35,466 nucleotides of DNA from Phoronis australis (Eukaryota > Animalia > Phoronida): contig NMRA01000311.1 of the NCBI GenBank assembly GCA_002633005.1, positions 461,297 to 496,762 on the forward strand. The letters run 5' to 3'. The translations under genes and the position numbers were made by a program. This document shows positions 1 through 10,906 of the stretch, piece after piece. The notes below the pieces were generated by a model. It did no database searches, had not been told where the DNA came from, and saw nothing but the letters and a program-made list of their open reading frames with translations. Within the stretch, counting starts at the first letter, position 1, and each line of letters opens with the position of its first letter.

Positions 1-383
1 TCGCTGACCTGTATGACGTGGGAGGAGAGCGAGGAGGTGACTGTGAATTCACCGACCCTCAGGAAGGCATGGAAGGCTAAGAGGAACATAGCACGTGCGA
101 GAACCGAGTCCGCAAAAGAGCCGAGTGCAGAAGGGCAGGCGTCAAACAAGCGGTGAAGCAAAGCGGAAGTAATGGGCATGCGTGTGTCAGAATAAGGGCG
201 CAGATTGGAAGTGCCTTTTAGGATTTTTTTGATAAAAAAGGAGGAAGTGGGGTCAGGGAGGTTGTCAAGCTTGTGGACAAAGCTAATGGCAGAGACATAG
301 GACTGGATAGACGAGCTACTAAGCCCAGATTCGAAGTGATGAGAGATGTAGGTGGCCAGGAAAGAGGTATTAATGGGCTTAAT
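1..383 (-). mobile_element. Tyrosine recombinase fragment of a DIRS/Ngaro-type (YR) retroelement or Crypton-like element; 5'-truncated and running off the window start
   Basis: Manual minus-strand translation from 380: KPINTSFLATYISHHFESGLSSSSIQSYVSAISFVHKLDNLPDPTSSFFIKKILKGTSNLRPYSDTRMPITSALLHRLFDACPSALGSFADSVLARAMFLLAFHAFLRVGEFTVTSS. It contains the SAM-like 'TI.sY.saI...H' segment, 'R.PIT' and the catalytic box I 'F..FLR.GE'. There is an in-frame stop at 384-386 and no start codon. Confidence 0.85.
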
Positions 384-1722
384 TTAGTTAATTAGTTCTC
401 CAATGTCTTTCGGTTCCTCGTCCAACTTTTCCACATACAATCTGGAAATTTGTCTTTAGTGTCGTTTTTCGGGACCTACTTTGATCAGCAATACACACCG
501 CCCGCATCTGCCATTTTAACTCCGCCTGTGAGATACTGTATCCTGTAACAGCTAAAGAAGCCCGCCCGACGACTCTTCAGTAAATTTGACCATAGGCATA
601 CGGTGTCTATGTTTTGAGTGGAAGCCCTTGTTAGGAATCATCGGTTTATACTAAAATGCTCCCTCCAAAAACAGGTTTTGCTGTTTTACAGCCCTGCGCA
701 ATCGTACCAATAAAAAATTCAACATAACTTTTTTGGACAGAAAAAACGATCGTGTCCTTTTTACGGCAGGTATAACTATTCTGATATCGAAACCAGCTGT
801 CTCCACCGGACGTACTTGACTTCCAAAGTACAGTGTATAATCCTCGCGTTCTTACCCTTTGTTTGGATTGAAATATGTTACAACAGCTAGCGCGCGCTTG
901 AACTATTTCTCCTGCTAATCTTTCGCCGCCGTAATAATCAACGTATCGAGCCTGCTGGTTAGAAACTATTACAACTATCAGTTCTTCTCAAACATGGAAA
1001 TCATTCTAATCTGACTAGCAAAGTACAAAATATGAGTTCGACTTTATCAAGGAGAAGCAAACTAAATACAAACTTAATTTAGTCACCAAAAGCGCGGGTT
1101 TCACGGTAACTGCTGTTACACGTTGAAAGAGCGAATATTTGGGAATACGTTTTATATGAGACAATTCGTATAAAAACTCGTTTTACGATTTTTTTAGAAA
1201 AAAAAGCAGAAGAGTTATTTTTAGGCAGCTCCAAAAGTATTAGACCATGACAATGATGTATTAGTTATCCGTTTTGTGGCAGGCTTGCAATTTTTTTTTC
1301 TGCAGGCGGGATTCAGGCGGCGTTTTCACTCGTAAGTTACATGACAACATAGTAGGTTTTGATGTCATCATCATTCATCAGCTTTCGTTAAAAATAATTG
1401 AAGTTTACATACGCACTTTGCTCGGTTTCTCATTTGGGAGCTAAATGAAGATTATTAAAGAAAACCATGAAACGTTTACAGAGATACCCCGGCACATAGA
1501 TTTCAAATTGCACTCCAGTGGAAGTCACTTGCGACAAGAAGTGTTTACAAAAAGACCGTGTACAGGAGATGGATGTTATGAAAATTTGAAACGAAACAAG
1601 GTTTTTATATAAACACCGGGTTATGGTGACCTGAGACTTCAAGCTACTGCCTGTATACATGAAGCGGACGACGGCAGGTCATCATGAGAAACATAAATTT
1701 CTAACGCCACTCAAATCGCTTT

Positions 1723-1730
1723 TGACGTCA
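1723..1730. promoter_or_regulatory. Perfect CRE/ATF palindrome TGACGTCA about 580 bp upstream of the 2-TM gene ATG
   Basis: Exact octamer. TCAGTT Inr-like hexamers occur near 1855 and 1954. Function is not demonstrated. Confidence 0.25.
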
Positions 1731-2306
1731 GATTCGCGATCCCTAATGAGTTGAACTATTTATTATTGAGGGACACAACCCACGCGTTTTTTGATCACAC
1801 CGGGGTCTTCATAACTTTCTGTAAAGGCCTTGAAAGCTCACGCAGTTGTTTCGGTCAGTTCTGAATAAGATTCCTGCCTGGCAAAGCCATCTAACTAATC
1901 CTACGAGTTAGTTACACCGACCGACTGTTCTATAATTAATCCCAAAGACTGTGTCAGTTCCAAGGGTTACGGTCAGAAGAATTAGATGATTCCGCTGTGC
2001 CGTGTTTACTTGCAGTTTTGTGCGCTGACGCCGTTACTGTAAAATACGACAGCAATCGTTTCATCATAATCGCACCCGATTCGCAAAGCTGTTAGAGCGA
2101 GATAATTCTCAACAAGAAGACTTTCGTGGAAAATCGAATTTTAACATCGATTCGGTTTTATATCTAACCCTGATCATCTCAAGACCAAATGGGACTTGCT
2201 TAGTCCTGGATCTGACATGAAACAGGAGCGTGTGGGGAAAAAGTGACGTCGACGACCGCGGAGAGTGACTGTCACTCAATAAAATAGTTGAGTAATGTGT
2301 CTTAAG

Positions 2307-2449
2307 ATGGGTTTGTGCGACTTGGATGACGATACGGGTCGGTGGATTGTTCCGCGATACGCAATATGCATTTTCTTCTGGAGCGGATTCCTGCTGTCCT
2401 TTCTAGGGGGTATGATCATTGTCAACGCCTATCTAGCACCAGACCCGGC
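2307..2449 (+). CDS. Coding exon 1 of an uncharacterised two-TM membrane protein (228 aa)
   Basis: Good Kozak context aagATGG. Translates to MGLCDLDDDTGRWIVPRYAICIFFWSGFLLSFLGGMIIVNAYLAPDP with a hydrophobic helix. Ends in a consensus donor GC|GTAAGT at phase 2, matching the phase-2 acceptor at 9607. Not present in the ORF track. Confidence 0.8.
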
Positions 2450-3254
2450 GTAAGTATAAGATTTAATTGTCGTTGTGGCATGCATTTTCAGAATAAAATA
2501 AAATTCAAGAACGTTATAATTTACCAGCTGTTTACTCATTGTCTTCGTGTAACTGACATGCATGTATGATCATCCAATTAGTGTGCTATCACTTTAGAAA
2601 AATACAAGGACCCATTAATTTCCTGGTCCTATACTAAAATGAAATTAAGGCATAGTGAAGTTTTGAAAAGCATACACCGGAAAGAGAAAACGTTCGCGGA
2701 GGCATCGCTTTTCAAAGCAGATCATTCTTACGTTTGAACTTCGATGGCTCACGACAGCTTTAGCTTGTGCGCTTGTTTTTACACTGCGCTTCACCTGACA
2801 TTGGGCATATTTTGCTGATCTGCATTTAAATGGTGGTTACACGGTAGCGAGGCTTGAGAACACCCTAAAATCCAACTAATTGGCTCTTGTTAAGTTTCCA
2901 AGTCCCTGTGATATTTTCGTCAAAATCTGCCTTAGTTTGAGGAAAGTTACACACCTAAAACCCTCAATTTCATTTCTGGGAAGTTATCATTTTTATTTTC
3001 ACTACTTGTATTAACAGAGATCAATGTAAATCGGAACCTTTGTCCATGAAATTAATGCTTAAGCATATCTACCCCGGCTGGTCTTATTCTTCTACATGTA
3101 CCTAGTATCGTCTCAAGTAATCATCAAGTTGAATTGCCAGTTATTTCGAAGCCGGCAGAAATCATGCGTCTAATTTAGTAAAGAAAACAACCCGAAACCT
3201 GTCTTGTAAAAGTGATAGATCTAAATAGAAAGTTAGTTTTTACAGGAAAAGGGA

Positions 3255-3548
3255 GTATCATAGCAACACGAGTGTACACAACTTGGTTATCATAGCGACA
3301 CGTGTGTGCACAACTTGGGTTATCATAGCGACATTCGTATTCACAACTTCGATTATCGTAGCGACACGCGTATACACACGTTGGATTATCACACCGATAC
3401 GCGTATACACAACTTGGATTATCATAGTGACACGCATGTACACAGCTTGGATTATCATACCGACACGCGTGTACACAACTTAGATTATCATAGCAACTCG
3501 CGTATACAAAACTTGGATTATCATAGCAACACGCGCATACGAAACTCG
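3255..3548. repeat. Minisatellite, about 9 diverged copies of a 33-bp unit (GATTATCATAGCGACACGCGTATACACAACTTG)
   Basis: Direct reading of tandem units, in intron 1 of the 2-TM gene. It explains the four overlapping 11-aa-periodic ORFs. Confidence 0.9.
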
Positions 3549-6280
3549 GCACTAATCTTACGTGCTGTCAAATATCACCAATGTTGGACAAGCTTGATCT
3601 TCAGTTTTTTTAAAAGGCTTTTAACGTTGTTGCGAGAGGAGGCCACGATTTCACCAAACATTGTTTGATGTGGCTATATTATCGAAGTTTAAAATTGTAA
3701 AGCATTTGTTTAGGGCTACTTACCGTGCATATTTCATGAAAAAGTTGAAAAAATGAAATTTTACCTTTACGCTATATTGTGTCTCAATGACTTGGTGAGA
3801 CTGAAATTAAAAAGCTACTTGCATTGCTTGATGGGGTGTTGATTCTGTTGAAGTTCACCCAGGTACTGATAAAACAACAAATAAAACTGTAGCATATTGT
3901 TTAAATTTCTGCCGGACAACTCCTGATCCATAAATAATTATCGTGAAAATAAATGACCCCAAATACACTCCGGCCATCACACGCATTCCAAAGTGCCCTT
4001 ACAAATCATCGTTCAGCAGAAAAAAAACTTGCCGCGTTTTATCGCTTCTGTTCATCTGTACAAATCTAATTACATTCCAGCCTTTTAAACTGCTCGTTAG
4101 GGCAATCAACGACGACTTAAATAACTGAAATGGCTTTTAAACACATTGTTGATTGATCAAGGGCATGATAAAAAATACCTGAAATTAGCTTGCGCTTGCT
4201 GATGTTCGTGTAATTAGGTGGTAGTACGTTAAAGTTCACTTGTTGGAAAGTCTGTAATACGATATCACACGGTGAATAAAAAGCTGCAGAAGAGTGCTTC
4301 ACAACGTTTTAGTTTTTGAAATCCTGTGTTATACAGGGCTGTATACTGTTGGTTTCGACACATATCAACGTTGTCGCCGAGAAATCCGAGTGTAACTCAG
4401 AATTCTCTTGTTTTAGCTCAGTGCACTCGTGCATTTAAGCTAGTCTCGCATTCCTGGGAAGAGATCATTTATATTTGATTATATGAACGTTGACAGGTAA
4501 AAGTGAATACAGTTATTTCCGGCAACGCTTCTCCTAAGCATTGCCGACGGGTTAAGTTGCATTTTGACCTGTTTGGCCGTTTAAAAACGAAAATTGAATA
4601 CGGCCTTTACTCTCATATAATTGTTTTTGTACTATCATTGTAACAAAATCATCGAAACCATCAGTGACTCAATAAAACGTTTAGCAGTTAATCATAAAAT
4701 TGCGAATTCGAAAATGGCCCATGTACGTTTTGCTAGTGATTTGAATTGTCGGCTCATTCGGCAACAATTCAATATCGGATAGGCATGGACAAGTATTTAT
4801 ATCCCAATTCTAGCGTTTCGGTTAATAGATGCCCCTTTAGCATATTTAGGACAGTGTTGGTGGTGAAAGCAAAGGACACCACCAACTATGTGTAACGGAA
4901 CGTGAGCACGTTTGAACACATGGATTGTGACGACCCTCAGTTTCCGCGTTGCGTAGAAATCAAATCAATGTCCCCTGCCAATTTTGGGAATAGGGAATCC
5001 TGAACGTCGGCATGACTTTTGTTGTGTTTTTATTTGTTTTATATCGCTAAGCTCTCTTCAGGAATTACTGCCAATATTTCAGATGGTTACCTTTATGTTT
5101 GCTCGCTTTCTTGAAAATATCTGAAAAAATACAACGATTTTTTCGACAGTGAAACAAAGATGTCGTGAGGGTTTTCTCGCACTCAATTTCCATGGAAAAC
5201 GTTTTGTGATAACCCCAAAAACAACATGCTGGCATCGTTTTTTGTATACACTACCGCCCTCCCCTGTAAATCCGTATGTGGTTAAATGCCGTAGAACACA
5301 ACTGAACTTTCTTCCAAAGGAATATATATACTTGCATATGGTCAACGTTGGTGGTCGTTCAGCTGAGTTAGCTTTATAACACGCCACAAGTTCAGAATTT
5401 AATTGTAGGAGTATGACTCCACGCATTAGGAGATATATAGATTGCCCAAAAACGCATCTGGTCTGTCTGGACTACAGATATAACACGTGTACTCGTAGTA
5501 GGGCTGTAGACAGTATAGGGTTGTGCTGAACATCTTTAAGTGTCTGTACTGTACGTTCAGGAAGTAATTAAAGCAATTACGCTATCAAATGGTGCTAAAA
5601 TATTGTAACATTCGGCCTAAATAGTGTTTAAACAGCTGGCGGGACTCCCCGGTTTGACCGTGGTTACAATCCTCCAGCTAGTCGCCGAGGAATGGTTGCA
5701 ATTAAAGAAATACATACTGTTGCCAAGAATGAGCGAAATAAATATAAGTTGCGTACGCTTTATTTTATTTTTTTTATTTATTTCGTTTTTTAAGTCAGTG
5801 ACTCAGTTGCGTGTATTTGAAGCTGCTACAAATTCGCCTTCAGACAAAAAGTCACTTTTGATTTAAGTCATTAGCCGTAAACGACGATTTCTCCCCAAGT
5901 TGAAACGTCCTTAAACGCGCTATCCATCAGACGCTAACTTTTGATTTAGACTACTTCCCGTTATGAAAATGGCTTCAAAATTTTCCGTAGTGTAAATCAG
6001 CTGGTGATTGATTTCTGTGCTTCCGAAGAACTGCAAGTTTGCTATTTCTTGATATAAGGTTGTACAAGTTGGCTTGTCACATCGTGTCATTTTATGTGCC
6101 AAGCATAGTCTGAATAAAATTGCAAGCAACAATGCCAAGAAGTTATTCCTCGCCTGAAGAAAAAAACAAGTTGAAACCAATGTTTGTGATAAGGGGTCTA
6201 AACCAAATGTCCAATTGTTTCACGGAACGCTTTAAAAGTGATATGAGAAAGGTCTGAAAGGACCACCAGTTTGTTATTGT

Positions 6281-6499
6281 ACCATGCATGTCATGTAAAA
6301 TAACCACTGATGAATCGGGGGACCATACAGGTGTACATGGCACATACATGTACAATAACCACTGAAGAGTCGGGGGACTATGCATGGCACGTACAATAAC
6401 CATTGGTGAATCAGGGTCCATGCATGGGACGTAACAGTAACCACTGATGATTCGAGGGACCACGCGTGGCACATGCAATAAACATTGATGAATTGAGGG
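6281..6499. repeat. Minisatellite, about 5 copies of a 41-bp unit (TAACCACTGATGAATCGGGGGACCATGCATGGCACGTACAA)
   Basis: The TAACCA-like anchor recurs at 6301, 6356, 6397, 6438 and 6479. The first unit carries a 14-bp insertion. Confidence 0.85.
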
Positions 6500-7599
6500 A
6501 AGCTATCTCGTTGAACCTGGTCTCATCCAATTATTTACAAGAGAAGAAATGACTTCTAAAATGAGCGAGAAACAACTCATGCGAGTTTTACAACGCAAAC
6601 TTGAATTTTGATCCTCATCTATCTGGAAATGGAGCAACCACGGGGACTCGGCGTCACCAGAAAACCGGAAATGAAGTATAGTTAACGTTTCACTTTCAAG
6701 TCGCGTTATATTTGAACAGACCAGTGCGCAAGTTTCACGAACATTGGATTTGAAGAGCTCGCCGGAAAAGTTTAATCATGAGTATGAAAATATTCACGAG
6801 CCGATTTAATGAATGTTACAGGAGTCGCGGCCTGCCGTGTTTTGATAAAGGAGTGCGTTTTACGTCAAGGTCAAGCTTTCGACTTTTCGTTGCGTCAAGC
6901 GATTTTCTGAGCAATTCTGTAGATAATTACGAAACCACAAACGAGTAATAAATTGTTTTGAAGTGTGATCGGTGGTGCTTCGTGAGTTAGTGAGATTCCT
7001 TTGCACCATGGACACGGTTGAAATTCTCAGAAAGTTATTAACCGTAACTATCGACAAGAAAAACTGCATTCACAGCTTGATTAGCCAATTAGCAGAATGG
7101 ACGTTTAAAACAGGCCATCAACAATTTTGAGTGAAATCTGAAACGACTTTGATCGAACGGGCCAGAGAAAGAAAAGAAAGAAAAATCGATTCGTGATATA
7201 TTCACATCGCATAATGGTACCATCAAGAAACCACCGCCCGGACACGGGTATAGGCCTACATGATATCTGGTGACGAAATTGTCAAAACTTCAAAGGTGTT
7301 GTCATTTTGAAAATATTAACTTGACGTGTTCAATACTTCGCAAAAATATCCATACCTTTTCTTCCTTTCTTCTTTTTACCACTTTCAAAATGTAGAACTA
7401 GTTTCAGTAATCGAACTATTTATGTAAAATTGGAGCATTTCGTAAATTACAGATCTTGATAAAACGTTTTTTTTATTTCCACTTCATAAAAACTGACAGC
7501 CTGTGTGCCATTCAACCTTGCATGGCGATTCTTGTCGATGGGGTACTATGAGTAATTCTAAAATCTGTTAGGTTTTGCATTTAAAAATTAAATGCTTCT

Positions 7600-7810
7600 A
7601 TGTCTCATTATAGCAGTTTCTCTGCAAAAAATCTTTACCACTAATGAAACCTGAACTCCAGTTATACTCGGCCACGCTTACCACCAAATTTGTTCGTGCT
7701 AATTGCCAACATGTACGACACAGTTTCTGTGTGGTTAGAGTTCAGGTTCCGTGGTAAGATTTTTTGTGCGTGGTGACAGGTTTTTTACTTAATAAATCAC
7801 AGAGACATAT
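7600..7810. mobile_element. Foldback/MITE-like element with imperfect inverted arms
   Basis: CAAAAAATCTTTACCAC...AACCTGAACTC (7625-7658) is an inverted match to GAGTTCAGGTTCCGTGGTAAGATTTTTTG (~7738-7766). There is an outer TATGTCTC/GAGACATA pair at ~7600 and ~7803. Confidence 0.5.
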
Positions 7811-7877
7811 TTTCGGCGCATAGTTGTTGTTTACGTTCGACGTATGTCCCGAAAATGATAATGAAGGGCGCCCGAAT

Positions 7878-7915
7878 CTCTGTTTACATGGCCAAGCTCT
7901 GTTTACATGACCAAG
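7878..7915. repeat. 19-bp tandem duplication CTCTGTTTACATG(G/A)CCAAG x2
   Basis: Direct reading; one mismatch. Confidence 0.8.
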
Positions 7916-9606
7916 TCATCAAAATAATTGTTGAATCTTTTGCTGTCTCTGTCACTTAGTAGAACATCTTGTGAATGGAACAAAAATAGCATCGTTCTGT
8001 AAAGACTGTTTCCACCATCCGAAAACTGGTAAATAGCTGGTCAATATGCTGGCATTCCCATATAGGAGCCGAGTGTTCTTACATACAATGTAAGTGGCGT
8101 ACACGTATCTAGCCATGTTGCTCATTTATGGACGGGTTTTCACTACCAGCCTCCCTGCAAACTGGTGACCTAGGATTAAAGGGGTAGATACCTTTCATGT
8201 CAAGAAATACCCTTTCGTAGAACTTTTCCGTCTTGTGACATTTAGCCCATCCGGGACAGTTTTCCGTAGACTTAATTTCGCAAGAAAAAAGCAAGGTCTC
8301 ACAAGACTTCGCAAAATCACGCAAGCAAAAATCGCTAGACTTTTTCGCAAGTATTCTCGGGAGCTTACCACTGAGCTTGTCTAGGAAAATGGCTGGCATT
8401 GAAGTGATTGGTCGGTGAGGTTGGAGTGTTGTATTACGGCATTGAATTCAGTATTTCTGTTTCAAAAGTGGAGATTTTTGCCGCGAGTGCAAGCTTACAT
8501 CTTGCGGTCTACCGATTTCATTCAATAAACGTTACGTCATTAGTCCGGAAGTCGGAAAAGGTAGCGTCCGTTTAAACAAGACTTCCCTCAAGTTCTGCAT
8601 ATCAAATGTATGCTTATACGCGTTCTGCATGTGTTAGTTCCTCAAATGGGAAGCACGTGAGTAGAAGCGATATCAGTCAACTATTGAAATCTACTTTGTT
8701 AGTCACGGTTACTATTAACTAGCGCTGACACTTTCCATTCCATGGTTTACTCTACATTATAGCATATACTTAAATAAGGCTGAGATACAAGAAACAAGGA
8801 ATTTATGTAATGAGAAATCGCCATATTTATTCCGATGAAGAAATATTCCAAAATGCGGTATATCCATTATTTTGACAAAATCACAACACCTAGATTTTTC
8901 TTACATGTTTTAATATTCCCCTATTCTTCCTTGTCTTCTTTTTCTTCGACTTCTTCTTTTCTCATCTTGTTCAATTAATAAACGTCAAACTCCCAACTTA
9001 TTGGAGCATTCTGACAGAATAGTTTTGAACATTTCCAAAAATTTAAAGTGCGGTTGCCGGAGTGGTTTCTCTAAACAACAAGGCACGTTCAACCTCGTTC
9101 TCGAGAGCACGTGAAGAAGGCTACAGAACAGATAAAACTGATTAGCACACAATTCTCATTACGACAGTTTACATATACATTAGCATGTAAATCCGTGATG
9201 TGCAGTACACCGTCCGTAGCCTTTCAAAAATTACCGCAACACATGGGTCTTCCTCTGAACCAATACACCGACTTGAGAATTTCTCTAAAATCTAGTAATC
9301 GTGTCGAATTTAAATAAGATATTGTGGACATGTAGCACCCCGAAGGTGTCAGATTTATTTATTGAAGTACTTATGCTATTAATTCCATATGCCAGTCTTG
9401 CAATCGCCTTTGAGGATCTCCGGTATGCATACATCCGGCAATGTAATGCGCTAATTGTTACATAACTTTATAAACGTATTATCTCACTCTCCCTGCAAGA
9501 AACAAGACGAGGCCGATGTTATAACAATAGTTTAAATCAAAATTTGTTTTTGACAGGAGACATAGGTTTGTTGCTTCTTATTAATGATTTTCTGGTTTAC
9601 TTTCAG

Positions 9607-9724
9607 GGCCCTAACGGCAGGTGGCGGTGTTCTGTTAGCTGTGGGAATTGTCCTGTTAGTGATCTGTCTCGTACTCACTTTTCATTCGTATCTTGTTGTA
9701 ATGAGCGCAGAGGACAATAAAAAG
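9607..9724 (+). CDS. Coding exon 2 of the two-TM protein (second TM helix)
   Basis: Acceptor tttactttcAG|G (phase 2). Translates to ALTAGGGVLLAVGIVLLVICLVLTFHSYLVVMSAEDNKK. Donor AAG|GTGGGT (phase 0). Confidence 0.8.
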
Positions 9725-10233
9725 GTGGGTCCAGTGAAAGACAGAACAGTTTCTTTTTTAAACGAAAAAGGAAAAACAAAATCGATTAGATGTGTAATAT
9801 TTGATTTTTTGAGAAACGAGAATGGAAAAGCAGGATTCCTTGTTCATTTTTCTATAACGAAATGAAAATTAACCTCATTTATTTTTACCCTTTGCAAGGA
9901 GTTGACTTCAGATTTGCGTAATTTCGAATATATGCGGATGGGGCAAAACGCGCTTTCACAGTCCATTGAAAGTAAACTGCAATCCCCACCGACGTGAACT
10001 ATTTCGATGGCATTGCAATGTCATTAAGAAAAAATGCACTTTGTAAATACCCATTCAATAATTTTGAGAAAGAAATCAGAACATTCAATTCAAATACAAA
10101 CCAAAATTCAGTATAACAACATCTTGGTAGTCGTTGTATTATCTGCTCCAATGACGCCTTGTTCACTGTGATGTCTTAGTGTCTGCGCTACTTATTTTTT
10201 TGTGATCACGGAACAGCCGGATTAAAACACCCA

Positions 10234-10453
10234 GGGCCCGTTTTAAGAAACTGACTTAAATCTAAAATTTGTCTCAACTTCCAAACTTTGAACCTTTCTC
10301 ATCCGGTAAGATAGCCAAAATTAAGGTAAGTGAAGTCCAAGTTAAAATCCGAGTCTTTATCGAAACGGTCTTGAGACAAATTTAAGTTTCACCTTAAAAT
10401 TGATTGAGATTTAAGATTTGTCTTGGCAAAGTCAGTTATCTTGGAACGGACCC
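10234..10453. mobile_element. MITE, PIF/Harbinger-like (GGGC-type TIRs, probable CAG target duplication)
   Basis: Left end GGGCCCGTTTTAAGAAACTGACTT versus reverse complement of the right end GGGTCCGTTCCAAGATAACTGACTT. Internal inverted pair AAATTTGTCTCAA/TTGAGACAAATTT. CAG at 10232-34 and 10454-56. Confidence 0.7.
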
Positions 10454-10480
10454 CAGTATTGCAAAAACGTTGTTTTACAG

Positions 10481-10906
10481 GCTAAAGTCAACAATAATAT
10501 GACCATTATTCACCATCCTGAGAAGCAACCTCTTCGCCCTTATGGTGACTACGAATACCAGCGCCCTCCTGGTACGGTGACCTTCAACGCCATCGACTCT
10601 GTGTTACGTGTTGACGGCCACGATAGTTTAGCATCACGCCGACAATTAACCGAATCTGGAGATTCAAACCATCGTGATGGTGCCATAGCGCACAAGCCGC
10701 CGCCGTTTCCCCGTTCAGAGGGACGACATGTAACCCCAGTCAGGCAACCCATCCGAAGTTTGCGCAAGACGCGTCCTGCTAGTCAGCCTTTGAGTCCAGA
10801 CGAGATAGACGTTCCAACGTACGGCGAGGTGACAATTGCCGATTCTAAAGTCAGCCTTTACGATAACGTGCAATATCAGTGGCCAAATAAGAAAACAGCT
10901 GCATGA
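10481..10906 (+). CDS. Terminal coding exon 3 of the two-TM protein (Pro/Arg/Ser-rich, probably disordered cytoplasmic tail with Tyr motifs)
   Basis: Acceptor tgttttacAG|GCT in phase 0, matching the exon 2 donor. 141 open codons AKVNNNM...SKVSLYDNVQYQWPNKKTAA*, with higher GC than the flanks. Followed by AT-rich UTR-like sequence. Confidence 0.85.
   Translation, partial: AKVNNNMTIIHHPEKQPLRPYGDYEYQRPPGTVTFNAIDSVLRVDGHDSLASRRQLTESGDSNHRDGAIAHKPPPFPRSEGRHVTPVRQPIRSLRKTRPASQPLSPDEIDVPTYGEVTIADSKVSLYDNVQYQWPNKKTAA

Noticed and set aside
3175-3668. Cys-rich or His-rich repeat protein ORFs (metallothionein-like)
   Set aside because: They are by-products of a 33-bp minisatellite, open on both strands, with no splice or start context, and lie inside an intron.
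6143-6478. Minus-strand ORFs of 111 and 66 aa
   Set aside because: They overlap a 41-bp minisatellite whose unit is not a multiple of 3, and show no domain signal.
9584-9865. Stand-alone 93-aa membrane protein ORF
   Set aside because: Only 9607..9724 is exonic. The flanks are intron sequence bounded by clear AG/GT sites.
10418-10480. N-terminus of the 162-aa ORF
   Set aside because: The TTG start lies in a MITE. The true exon begins at the acceptor at 10481.
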